NCBI RefSeq assembly: GCF_018350175.1
Contig: NC_058374.1
Span: 113,832,001-113,896,000, forward strand
Source: Felis catus
Taxonomy: Eukaryota
DNA length: 64,000 nucleotides
Direction of reading: 5' to 3'
Shown: piece by piece, positions 12,906-24,140 of the stretch
Position numbering within the stretch: the first letter of the stretch is position 1
How the letters are laid out: each line of letters opens with the position of its first letter
The notes under the pieces: model-generated
Told to the model about the DNA's origin: nothing
The model's database searches: none
Seen by the model: the letters and a program-made list of their open reading frames with translations, nothing else
Made by a program: the position numbers and the translations under genes

Positions 12906-13578
12906 AACCCCCAGGGCCACTTGCATTTCTGCAATCTAGCATTTCCTCGGATTCTAGGGAGTCAACACGGAGGGTGCACAGCATGGTATGAATCCCTTCC
13001 AGTGGGGGCTGGAACTCAGCCGTGTTCATATGGGTGCAGCAAAACGGGCGGACAGATACGGAAGTAGGAGGAAGACTACTTCTTTGGGCCAGGTCTTGCT
13101 GCCTAAAGTGTTTTTGCCAAATCTAGATTTAAAAATAACAAACAAAAAAAACCCCAAAAACCTGTTCTCAGAGGTTGAATTTCAGAGTTGAAGATCGGAT
13201 GGATCACCGTCTCCATTGTAGAGGCACAGAAGACGGAACTCAGAGGAGAAAGTGCATCGTCTCTTGGCATGGGAGCAGTGTTTGGGCCAGGTTCAAGGAG
13301 GAAATCTCAGACTCCAGAGCCGGTGTCTAAAACCCCACTCTCTTGCCCCTCAGGCTTTCTTTGGGTGTCTCAGTAAACACAGATGCCTCCGCAGTCTTTC
13401 TGCTTGTCCTGAAGACTTAATCTGTCCTCTCATTCCTCATCACTTGCCTTTCTCTGCGACCTCACCTGGAAAATGATTGTAGAGAGGAGAAAAAAAGGAA
13501 AACACTGCTTCTCCTTCAGTGAGCAGAAAGAGGCAGCATCAGCCTTGGTCTCCTTATTCCTTTAGGAATTTGAGTCTT

Positions 13579-13683
13579 GGGGCACCTGAGTGGCTCAGTT
13601 GGTTAAGCATCCGATTCTTGATTTGGGCTCAGGTTCCTGAGGGTGAGCCCTGCATCCTGCTCTGTGCTGACAGCCTGCTTATG

Positions 13684-13718
<35 letters not shown>

Positions 13719-13748
13719 ATAAATAAATAAATATTAAAAAAAAAAAAA
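13579..13748 (+). mobile_element. CanSINE (older, shortened)
   Basis: ggggcacctgagtggctcag head, (CT)n, aaataaataaat tail. Confidence 0.9.
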
Positions 13749-13885
13749 GGAAGGTGAAAGAATAGGGAAGGAAAGGTGAGGGGAAGGGAAGGCAGGAGAG
13801 AAGAGAGAAAGGAGGGGAAGGGGAGGGAAGTATGGAGAGGGGACAGTGGGAGGTAGGGGAAAGGGAAAGAAAGGAGAGAGAAAGG
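13749..13885. repeat. GA-rich homopurine low-complexity tract
   Basis: Almost purely A/G for ~135 bp after the SINE tail. Confidence 0.85.
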
Positions 13886-14727
13886 ACCTAGGGCCTGGGA
13901 TTAGAAATGACTGAAGCATTGAAAGCATCCCAATAATTCCAGATGTCTATGTTGCTGCAAGGTCCTTTGTCCTCACACACCTTTGGTAAATTCATCCGGA
14001 TAAAGGGATGCCTTCTACAAGCGAGTATTTGCCCAAATGAAGATGAGGTCGAGCTACCCGTCTGGGAAGCATGCAAAAAGAACAGCCCACTCCGGCTGGT
14101 AAAATGGTCTCTAAATTGACCTAAACCAGCGGAGACAGGGGTTCAAGGGCAGAGTTCAGAGGAGAGGGTGTTCTCCCCAGTAATGCGCAAAAACCTGAGA
14201 ATGACACGGGACTATCAGGTCAGCAGAATGGGGGTTTGAACAGCGTAGCCTTTGAGGGCTAGGGTGACCCTAGCTGCAGTCTGCAGGCGGGTTACATCAG
14301 GTACCACTCGTCACAGATGGTCGCCTTCAGCATGCTCCTGCCCCTCCTACATCCTAATACGGTCTCTTCCGGGAGAGTAAAGAGTGCATCTGGATCACGC
14401 ATAACCTGCAATGCCCATGGGACTGTGGTTTGGGACTCTGTCTCACTGCCTATCAAAGCAGGAAAAGGTTTGAGACCCATTGTTTGTGTTCTTAATTTGA
14501 AATCCTACTGGCCAAACTTGAGCTTGGTGGCCAAACTAATGCCAGAACACAATGAAGTCCACATGAAGCCAAGTCTCGCCTGGGCGCGGCAGCAACGAAG
14601 CAATATCTATAATCCCTCCTTCACACCAGGGCAGCCGCAACCTACCACTGGTGCTCCACACCACTGTCTTGGGGCCAAGGTCAAAACGGGCATTCCATCT
14701 GGGTCTAAGTTTAAAAATGGGATTTTA

Positions 14728-14950
14728 GGGGCGCCTGGGTGGCGCAGTCGGTTAAGCGTCCGACTTCAGCCAGGTCACGATCTCGCGGTCCGTGAGTTCG
14801 AGCCCCGCGTCAGGCTCTGGGCTGATGGCTCGGAGCCTGGAGCCTGTTTCCGATTCTGTGTCTCCCTCTCTCTCTGCCCCTCACCCGTTCATGCTCTGTC
14901 TCTCTCTGTCCCAAAAATAAATAAACGTTGAAAAAAAAATTAAAAAAAAA
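14728..14950 (+). mobile_element. Young cat CanSINE with 15-bp TSD
   Basis: TSD aaaaatgggatttta at 14713-14727 and 14948-14962. Confidence 0.97.
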
Positions 14951-15226
14951 AATGGGATTTTAACATCACCCTCCCGTTCTGTAATGCGCCGTTCCGTTGG
15001 CTACTTTGTCCCTTCGACTGCTGGAGTTTTGGTTCTCCACCACCGGGTGGCTAGGGCCTTGCGGTTTGCCAGTTTCCGACAAGAAGAGAGACCTCACTTC
15101 TGATGAGAGGCTGTGGCACCGTAGGCGATCCCAAACCCTGGGGGATTGGCGACGCTTCCGAGAGAGCCACCCTCCTGGCTCACCAGTTCTGCCAGGTGTG
15201 CCCTTCTAAAGCAAAAGGATAAGGTT

Positions 15227-15453
15227 GGGGGCACCTGGGTAGCTCAGCTGGTTAAACTTTGGACCTTGGATTTCGGCTCAGGTCATGGTCTCACTGCTTC
15301 GTGAGTTCAAGCCTGCGTGGAGCCTGGAGTTGGGCTCTGTGCTGAGCATGGAGCCTGCTTGGGATTCTCTCTCTCTCCCCCTCCCCCTACTCATGCACTC
15401 TCTCTCTCAATCTCTCTCTCTCAAAATAAATAAATTAACTTAAAAGAAAAAAA
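15227..15453 (+). mobile_element. CanSINE (older)
   Basis: Head/body/(CT)n/tail; TSD aaaaggataaggtt / aaaagataaggtt. Confidence 0.92.
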
Positions 15454-17330
15454 GATAAGGTTTTAAATGTTATTTACCTAGGGGACATACTTTTTGGGTG
15501 TGATGACAGTGGAAAAGGAAATATACATATGTGTTTTTCTTTCTCTGTAACTTTCTTTTATCAAAATCAGTGCCCAGGCATCAGAAGAAACCCTATTTTA
15601 AAATGTTTTTAAAGTGGATCGGCATAGTTCTTTCCCTGCACTAATTTAAGGGCATGCATAGACATAGACGTAATACTCAAATGTACCCATATATACACAG
15701 ATTTCCTTTTTCACCATTTCTTAAATTTTACTCTCTCTTCTTTCCAGTGCTAAATCTACCCATTCCACTCTCCCAGCAAACACATATGTAACCCACCCAC
15801 TCACCCACCCACACATGAACACAAGTCTTGAGTTTTGTTCCCCTGAAATAAATTTCTAGTGAAATGAAAATTTTCACAGAAAAAAAAAAAAAAAAGCTAT
15901 ATTAAGCCAGAGTTGTACCCAAGATACTGAAATATATTTTTACCCTAATAATACCCTAAAACCTCTTAACTATGCAAAAGTCAACTAATACCTCCATTTC
16001 AATTAGCCTTATCAGAACTTTAATTACCGCCTAACACAGTGTTACATCAAATGACTAAGTTTAAAAATAAGCTTGTCCAACCACACATTTAGATGTTTTT
16101 ATTTTATTCTACACAGTAGAGTGTTTTCCTATCTAAGTTGACAAGTTCAGTGTGAGTAGGAGGAAGGAAGAAAAACAAAGGGACGCTCATTAAGAAACGA
16201 AGGCAGGACTTGCCTCCTGAAAAAACACACCTTTCAGGGCCAGAGGATCATAGCCAGCATCCTGATAACAGAATGAATCTGAGAAATCTTCCGGGAGAAA
16301 TGCCACAGATTATTGCCATAAATATTATTAGCAGACTCACAAGGCTATAATCATGATCTGTATCCGTGATACCCAGTTTCAAATTAACATGGTTATTTTA
16401 CTTGTGTTCCCAAATTTAACATTAGGGGGAATTCGGGCTGTGGGCCTATCATCATTAGGGCCTATCATCACTATATATATCTCCTCACAGTCTCGCCCTG
16501 CCAATTTTGGTCAAATGGCCAGGATTATCTGGCTAATTGGGGGAGCTTTGAGAGGGACTCTTTCTTAAACCCAGAAACTGAGATTTCTGCTTCCTTTTTA
16601 GTTTTGCTTGGTTGGACTCTCAGATGATGGAGAATCATAGCTGAGTGATTCGGACTCAACCTTGAAATGCCAAAAGTCCTCATCAAAGTTTTACAGAGCC
16701 AAAGGAAGGCTACCCAAACTGGATACAGCAAGCTTCAAACTGTTTGGAAGGGGATAGTCTTACTCCTGGGGCTGGGAGCATGGATGGGGTAGAATCCACA
16801 GTGAAATTTATTTGAGAAAGCACATTTTCATTCAATTTTGAGAAGGCAAGTGGAACCAGAGAAATCTCCATTTCATATCCTAACACCGGGACCTTTACCT
16901 GCCGGCACCTTCAAAAGAACAAGCATTCCATGAGTTTTGAGCAAATGTATGATGATGGCAATATTACCCTTGTTCTTCTCTCATTTCCTCCATAAAACGA
17001 AAGGCCACGGGCTTTACGTGATAACCAGCCTCGGTACTATGATCTCAGGTTCTGTAAGGAACGGGCATTTTGGATAACTGAACTTTCCAGGTGTCCGAAC
17101 GTCGGCAAGAACACCCTTTCTGTTTTCAATGCTGTCCATCAGCTTGTCTAGCTATACATCAGAACAAAATACTGAGCATCTTGCTGGGCCCCTACCATAC
17201 CCAGCACCAATTCTCATGTCTCATTTCACAACACGGCACCTACATTGTAGACAGAGTTTAAAGAAATCAGATTTTTTTTTTAATTCAGGTCTTCTTACCA
17301 GTCTATTTAATATGATTGGCAATTCCCTCT

Positions 17331-17722
17331 NNNNNNNNNNNNNNNNNNNNNNNNNNNNNNNNNNNNNNNNNNNNNNNNNNNNNNNNNNNNNNNNNNNNNN
17401 NNNNNNNNNNNNNNNNNNNNNNNNNNNNNNNNNNNNNNNNNNNNNNNNNNNNNNNNNNNNNNNNNNNNNNNNNNNNNNNNNNNNNNNNNNNNNNNNNNNN
17501 NNNNNNNNNNNNNNNNNNNNNNNNNNNNNNNNNNNNNNNNNNNNNNNNNNNNNNNNNNNNNNNNNNNNNNNNNNNNNNNNNNNNNNNNNNNNNNNNNNNN
17601 NNNNNNNNNNNNNNNNNNNNNNNNNNNNNNNNNNNNNNNNNNNNNNNNNNNNNNNNNNNNNNNNNNNNNNNNNNNNNNNNNNNNNNNNNNNNNNNNNNNN
17701 NNNNNNNNNNNNNNNNNNNNNN
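17331..17722. other. Assembly gap (392 N)
   Basis: Run of N. Confidence 1.
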
Positions 17723-17889
17723 TGCTGATTCCAAAGGCATACAATAACCAGGAGAGGAAGTAAGGAGTGGTCAGGAAAACAACTGCCAGGAACCAGGACT
17801 GTTGACATTATAATAGAGTCCAAGAAGGCCAAATGACAATTATGTATTTGGGGAGAAGGAGCCTGGAAGGATTTGGGAATTCACTCAAT

Positions 17890-18295
17890 TGTTTGAATGG
17901 AATGTTCTTTTCCAAGATATCTCCGAGGCCGTTTCTCTGGTCTCCTTCAAGCTTCCGCTCAAATACCACCTTATCAATGAGGCCTTCCTTGTTTTACTTA
18001 AAAGAGCAACCTGTGCCCCCCCTCCTCCCCACGGCTCCCTATCACACCTTTCTGCGGGGCCCACGCAGTGTTACACAACTGGTACAATGTTCACGGCAAC
18101 AAGAGAGCAGCTCTGCTCCTTACCACTATCACCATCTGATCTTCTGCCTCCTTCCATCCGATCTACCATCGTCTCCCGGCTCGTTCTCCCCCGCTGTCTG
18201 GGGAGAGTACGCATTTTTGTCTGGTTCACAGCTGTATCTGCAGGTGCCTAGAACAATGCTGGGCATAGAGCAGATACTCAGCAAAGACTTAAAGG
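17890..18295 (+). mobile_element. L2a 3' region
   Basis: tggaatgttcttttccaagatatc...ctcaaataccaccttatcaatgaggccttcc...gtgcctagaacaatgctgggcatagagcagatactc. Confidence 0.75.
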
Positions 18296-18469
18296 CACAC
18301 AGATTAACTAATTTTAGCATCTGCTGAAGCTCTGGTCTAAGAGTTCCAGACTTTAAGGTCTTCCCATCTAATGGGGAAATAAGACACGAATGCAAACGAT
18401 TGCAATACAATGGGATCAGAAAGCAGTGCACTGGGATGCGATACCAGTTAGGAGCTGGTGCTTGACCTA

Positions 18470-18665
18470 GGACAAACCTGGATTCTAGCCTCGAATGTTC
18501 CCATTGCCCTGTGACCTTGGGCAAGCTATAACACCCATATACCACATTTCTTTGACTCAGCGATGACTAGAGTACCAAAGGTTTACTCTTACAGGTTTGT
18601 GATGAGGAAGGGATGCTCACAAGTGCTGAGATTCCAAAATCTACAGGAAGTGCCTGCAGCATTGG
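18470..18665 (+). mobile_element. MIR
   Basis: ctgtgaccttgggcaagc core and ggtttgtgatgagga. Confidence 0.6.
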
Positions 18666-20806
18666 GTCGGAACTTTATAGAAACAGAGCAGCCAATCAGC
18701 AGAGCAGGGTGGCTAAGGCTGTCTGGTGCTACCAGGAAAGCTAATCAGTAAGAGGGCAGAGGCTGAAATAAATAAAATCCCTTCCAACATGCATGTAATG
18801 AAGTGCCATATTGAATTTTCCTGTGCTTAATGCATGAAACTTTTTTAAAACGAGGAATGAATCTACTAGGAAAATGAATAGGCAACTGGAGGAGGGGTTT
18901 CTCCGACTGGAAATGGGTTATTGACAAATCTCCGGTAACCAAATCTGGCTTTAGCTTTCCTTACATCTCCACTGAGTTGCCATCCTTTCGTAATTGGAGC
19001 GTAAGCGGAAAAAGTCCAACTGGTATTGAAATATTAGGTATTATTATCACTCATCACCATCCCCACCACAACCCACCACTGCTTTGGCAACAGAGGCTTT
19101 GCTAAACAGAACATATTGTCCTTCTCCGAAGAAGAGTTAATTTAAGATCTGGTTCCAAATCGGAACACTTAATCTACCGGGAAAATAAGAAGTAAATCCC
19201 CTTTTTAATCACTGGTGAATTTCTTCCCTTCCCTCTCTCTCAGTAGATCTCAAACTATTAACAGTCTCTTTAGGACAAATCTTCCCACCCCTGCATTCAA
19301 TAATCTTTAAAGACAGTGGCACACAGCGGGTTCAGTCAATTTCACAACTGATTGTGCTGTAACTTAGGTGAATATTCTAATTGCTCTTTGGCAACTGGAG
19401 TCGAGAATTTTGAGATGGGAGGAAGTGTTCAAGGCTAGCTAGAACTCAGCTATACATACAGGTTTAACACTTGTCTCTTCTTAGCTACAAGATCTACGAC
19501 AGTGGCATAACCAGGCTAAATGAAACAAGGGGGAGCATTATATAAATTTTGCATCATCACAATCTTTTTCAATTGATCACAATTCTAGAGTTCTGGCCTA
19601 ATAACAAACACCAAGCACTCCTTAGTAAGCTTGTGAGTCAGTGATAGGGATATGACTCACATTTTACTACTCACTCTCAAAGACTAAAAGCCATAGCAAA
19701 TTAGGCAGGGATGTACAATATTAGTAACCACTAAATCATAACTAGTTGAAAGGCAACGGTTTCTTCTGGTGACAATTTGCTTCATGTTTAAAGTAACCAT
19801 TACCGCATGTTTAGGGAGCAAAAATAATGTAATAAGAAGAGGAGAGGGAAAACAACTCATTTCTACTTTGAGTCCTGGCTCCCCAAACATATTTCTTAAC
19901 CGAATCTTAACTGTCCCCAAAGGGAATTTTCTGGGGGTGGTAAAAAGGTTCTATCTCTTGATTGGGGTGTGGATTTCATAGGTGTGCAAAATCCACTGGA
20001 TTCTATACATTTAGTTGTATTACATTTTTACAGCAATTTAAAGAAAAAAGATTTAGGTGGCCCACACCTCGAAAGCTATGTCTAGGCGTTACTTCCACTA
20101 GAAATGTAAACTCACAATTAAACTGTTGTTTTTTTTTAATTCTATTTAATAAACACTGCAAAAACGGGAACTGCTATAACAGTAACAACAAACCGTGGAC
20201 AATAATCAAAGATATGTTTGAATTTCAATTGTTCTATTTCATACACCATGAAAGTGCCTCTAATCTAGCAGCTTACGCTAAAAACCAACTTTCCGTGCTA
20301 AACCTTTAGAACATGAAAGTCATTACTGTTTGTACCAAAACAAATCATAGCAATCCAGCTATTCTGAAGAAAACACTCTTGAGTTCGGTTTGGGTTCCTT
20401 TTGGACTGCAAAAGGTATTCTACCTCCTTGACGCATTTACTAGAAAGTAGATACGTTGCTGGTTGAGCGGCCTTTATTCAAAGAAATAATACTGTAACAT
20501 GGCCTGTAAAAGCAAAGAGACTGTTCCAGTTGCTGACAGTCTGGGTTTAATTAGTAACTGCACTCTGTTTTACTCTCAAGGGTCACAGTTCAGCCGATAA
20601 ACTTATCGACCAAATTACATGGTCGCTCTCTACCTACGAAGCCCCACGTGATGTGGCCTCCCTTCCTTAATTCTCCTCCACTCCACTCATCCTGGCCTCT
20701 CTCAATCCCTCCCAAGCACCGTTCGCTCTCCTGCCAGACTTTGTGCGCTGTCCCCTGTCCTGCCTTCTTCACGCAAATCCCCACATACCCTACAGACGCA
20801 ACTCAG

Positions 20807-21540
20807 GCAGAGATCCAACATGGTGGGGGGACCTGAAGTTTCCTCATCCCTCAAACACAGCAGTCTTGAGGACAGAGGACTTTGAATTCCAAGAGTCCGG
20901 CTGCAGAGTGACAGAGATGTCTCCAGGGGCCCAAGGGGACAACCTGGTGGGTCAATGGGCTACTTCAACAAACAAATCAAAGCAAACCTGGTGGAGGGTC
21001 CAAAACATCGCTAGGAGTAGGGGGATAAAGCAACCAGAGTCCCAACAACCAAGAGCACATAACGCACTCCAAAGAACACCTCCTGAAGGGCCAGGCCCTG
21101 GACAGAGTATGACCCTCCTTTAACATAGCAGTGCTCACAGGTGCAGAGCACGTAACAAGCTTTTAAAACACATAAGGGACAGAAAACCGGCCAAAAGGAC
21201 GAAACGGAAGACTTCTCCTCGAAAGAAATTCCAGGAAGAAATGACAGCTAAAGAATTGCTCAAAACAGACACAAACAATACAACTGAACAAGAATTTAGA
21301 CTAATAGTCAATAAGATTAATCGCTGGGCTTGAGAAAGGCATAGAAGACAGCAGAGAACCTATTGCTGCGGAGATGAAGGAACTAAAACATAGTCATGAT
21401 GAATTAAGAGATGCTGTAGATGAGGTGCAACATAAACCAGATGCGGTGACAGCGAGGACTGATGAGGCAGAGGGGAGAATAAGTGAAAAAGATAAAATTA
21501 CGAAAAAAGATGAAACTGAGAAAAAGAGAGATAAAAAAAC
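20807..21540 (+). mobile_element. Carnivore L1 5' element: short 5'UTR plus ORF1 N-terminus, 3'-truncated
   Basis: From 21196 (ATG appears mutated to AGG) reads TKRKTSPRKKFQEEMTAKELLKTDTNNTTEQEFRLIV, then a +1 frameshift, then RLIAGLEKGIEDSREPIAAEMKELKHSHDELRDAVDEVQHKPDAVTARTDEAEGRISEKDK, an L1 ORF1p coiled-coil. Degenerate 16-bp flanking repeats. Confidence 0.85.
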
Positions 21541-21835
21541 AAATCGTACAGACACAGCTCGGTTCATGTCTTCCTCTGGGAAGAACGAAGGCAGGCGTCG
21601 TGTCCATCATTGCGGTCGGGATACCCCACGTCACCTCTTCCTTCCCTTAGTAGATTCCAGTGTTTCTATTTGTTTGGGGACTTCTCTAGGCTCGAAGCCC
21701 CTTGAAGGCAGACACGATGACTATTTGTGAGTCCTTGGGATGGTACATGGCACACAGAGGGACTCAATGAGTATTTAATGAATGTGGTAGATACGGGACA
21801 AAACGGTCATATTCTAACCATCAGAAAGGACCCAG

Positions 21836-22049
21836 GGGGCGCCTGGGTGGCGCAGTCGGTTAAGCGTCCGACTTCAGCCAGGTCACGATCTCGCGGCCCG
21901 TGAGTTCGAGCCCCGCGTCGGGCTGGAGCCTGTTTCCGATTCTGTGTCTCCCTCTCTCTCTGCCCCTCCCCCGTTCATGCTCTGTCTCTCTCTGTCCCAA
22001 AAATAAATAAACGTTGAAAAAAAAATTAAAAAAAAAAAAAAAGAAAGAA
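21836..22049 (+). mobile_element. Young cat CanSINE with 22-bp internal deletion
   Basis: TSD agaaaggacccag at 21823-21835 and 22050-22062; lacks ctgggctgatggctcggagcct. Confidence 0.96.
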
Positions 22050-22063
22050 AGAAAGGACCCAGG

Positions 22064-22290
22064 AGGCGTGCCTGGGTAGCTCAGTTGTTTGAGGGTCCAA
22101 GTCTTGGTTTCAACTCAGGTCGTGCTCTCAGGGCTGTTAAGATCAATCCCCCCCCCCCCCCCCCCCAGTTCAGGCCCTGTGCTGCTGACAATGCAGAGCT
22201 GGCTTGGGATTCTCTCTCTCCCTCTCTCTCCTCCCCTCCATCTCTCTCAAAAATAAATGAACATTCAAAAAAAAAAAAAAAAAAAAAAAA
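22064..22290 (+). mobile_element. CanSINE (older) with internal poly-C
   Basis: Degenerate head, C-run at ~22148-22166, (CT)n, long A tail. Confidence 0.88.
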
Positions 22291-22680
22291 AGGAAGGATC
22301 CCAAGAGGGATCCCTTGGTTGGACACGGGAATGGGGGAAATGCAAGAAGCTGAAAGTTAGGAGAAGAGAGCCTGTGTGTGACGCTTCACTATTACAAAAG
22401 GCCCCACCTCTAACCCTATGACCGGAACTACCCTCTCTCAGGGGATAACTGTTCTAACAACCCTGACTGGCCACCTTAACCCTGTTTTAATTAATTCCAA
22501 ACTCTTGTTCTTCCATCACCATCTTACACACTGTAGGAACACCTTGACTAATTTTTAAGGCTACCCACAACTCCAAGCAGGCCTGAAGCTCACAGGGACA
22601 GTAAAATGCAAGACTTCTGAAGGGGCCAAAGGAACTTTGCCTGGAAGTCTCTTGAGGTTCTTTTAAGAACAGGGCCCTTT

Positions 22681-23520
22681 GTTTCCTATACTATTGCAAA
22701 ATAAATCAGCAAGCCGCTCCGCTGGCTGAGTACCTACTTCATTGAGACACGCAGTCATGCTATACAACCCAGCAGCAAGCTCCTCAATGAAGGTTATCTT
22801 CGCCAGAGAAAGGGACCAGGGTTTAAACTAAAAAGAGCGTGTGGTCGCTGGTTCACTCGTGACTGACTAGAACAAGCCGATGACGTTATCAGTGATTCAA
22901 GCAAACGTTGCATCCGGTTACACCACAAGAAGCAACTCAAACCCAAACTGGTAACTTACAAAAAGGCTGCTTTTCCTGGCAGTGGAGGAAGTACTCACAG
23001 CACTCTAGGTTAAGAAGGGATCGAGAGCCACCGAGTTCTGTTTGGAAAAACCGCCGTTTGAAACAAAAGCATGGCCAGATACAAATGGCTCGAAGGGCGG
23101 CAAACCCTGGGAAAAGACAACTTACTTCTTACGGCGAGGAGGTGCAACACTCAAACACGATAACGCCCTCAAGCAGGCACTGCGCGGGGCTGCCTGGCTA
23201 GACACATTTGGTAGTGTGGCAGCATCTCTCACTTGAAGGTGTTCAACAGACAAAAGGTCCGAAGGAGTCCTTCTTTTCTGTCCTCTACTGGAAAAATAGC
23301 TCTGAAAAGCACAATGTTAAGGACCCAGCTCAGCAAAGTCGGTGAAATAAATACGCTCAACACCTGGGTTATCTGTATTTCCACTTTTAAAAAGGACTTC
23401 CTTTTTCTTCTCGTATCATTTCAAAATCACAAGTACATTTCTCACAGCTATTGGCCAAAGCGGACTTTCAAGAAACTCCCAGCGATCACAGTGACGTCAA
23501 ATTTTCACGAAACCAAGAAA
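22681..23520. promoter_or_regulatory. CpG-enriched unique segment with perfect CRE (candidate enhancer or lncRNA promoter)
   Basis: About 30 CpGs counted in 840 bp; TGACGTCA at 23492-23499 and TGACGTTA at 22881-22888. Function is inferred. Confidence 0.4.
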
Positions 23521-23939
23521 ACCACCTGCTGAATTTGCCTCCATGCTATACTGAAGTATTCAACTCCCCAAAATCCAACCATTCTTTGCTGGATGTTTTC
23601 ATGTATAACGGACTTGTTTTTATCCCATTTTACATACGGAGCGATGCGCTCAGAGAGGCTAATCAAATTGCCCAAAGTCACAAAGTAGTAGCTGGTACAG
23701 GCCTGCATTCCAACCCATTCTTCTGAGTCCATAACTAGTATTCTTTATAATAAGTCCCAAATGCCTCCTGAAGAAAGAAGCCTGGTTTTAAGACAGTTTT
23801 TTTTGGCCTTCTGAGCATGGCAAGTGATGAGGTTCCAAAGGCTGAAAATGATGGCTAACCAGCAATGAGAAATGAAAACCAGCATGTTGCAACAACGTGA
23901 AACATGGCAAATAAATCATACACCTCAATATACCAATAG

Positions 23940-24140
23940 TTGAAAGTTCAGGTTCTGGGGTCAAAAAGGCCCGAGTTCAAATTATGAATGAGCTGTTTAC
24001 TAGCCATTTGACTTTGGGGCAAATTACTTAAACTCCCTAAGCCTCAGCTTTCTAACCACAGAACACGAAGATTAAAAAATACTGACCTACCTACCTGTCA
24101 ACCTCACCCAGTTGTTGAGAGGTCAACGAAGAACGTACAT
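23940..24140 (+). mobile_element. MIR
   Basis: ttactagccatttgactttggggcaaattacttaaactccctaagcctcagc core. Confidence 0.7.

Noticed and set aside
14317-14931. 204-aa ORF
   Set aside because: The last third is SINE sequence and the rest is unrecognisable; it is a chance ORF.
17129-17832. ORFs containing X runs (also near 28.3-29.8 kb and 53.2-53.6 kb)
   Set aside because: Artefacts of translating through N gaps.
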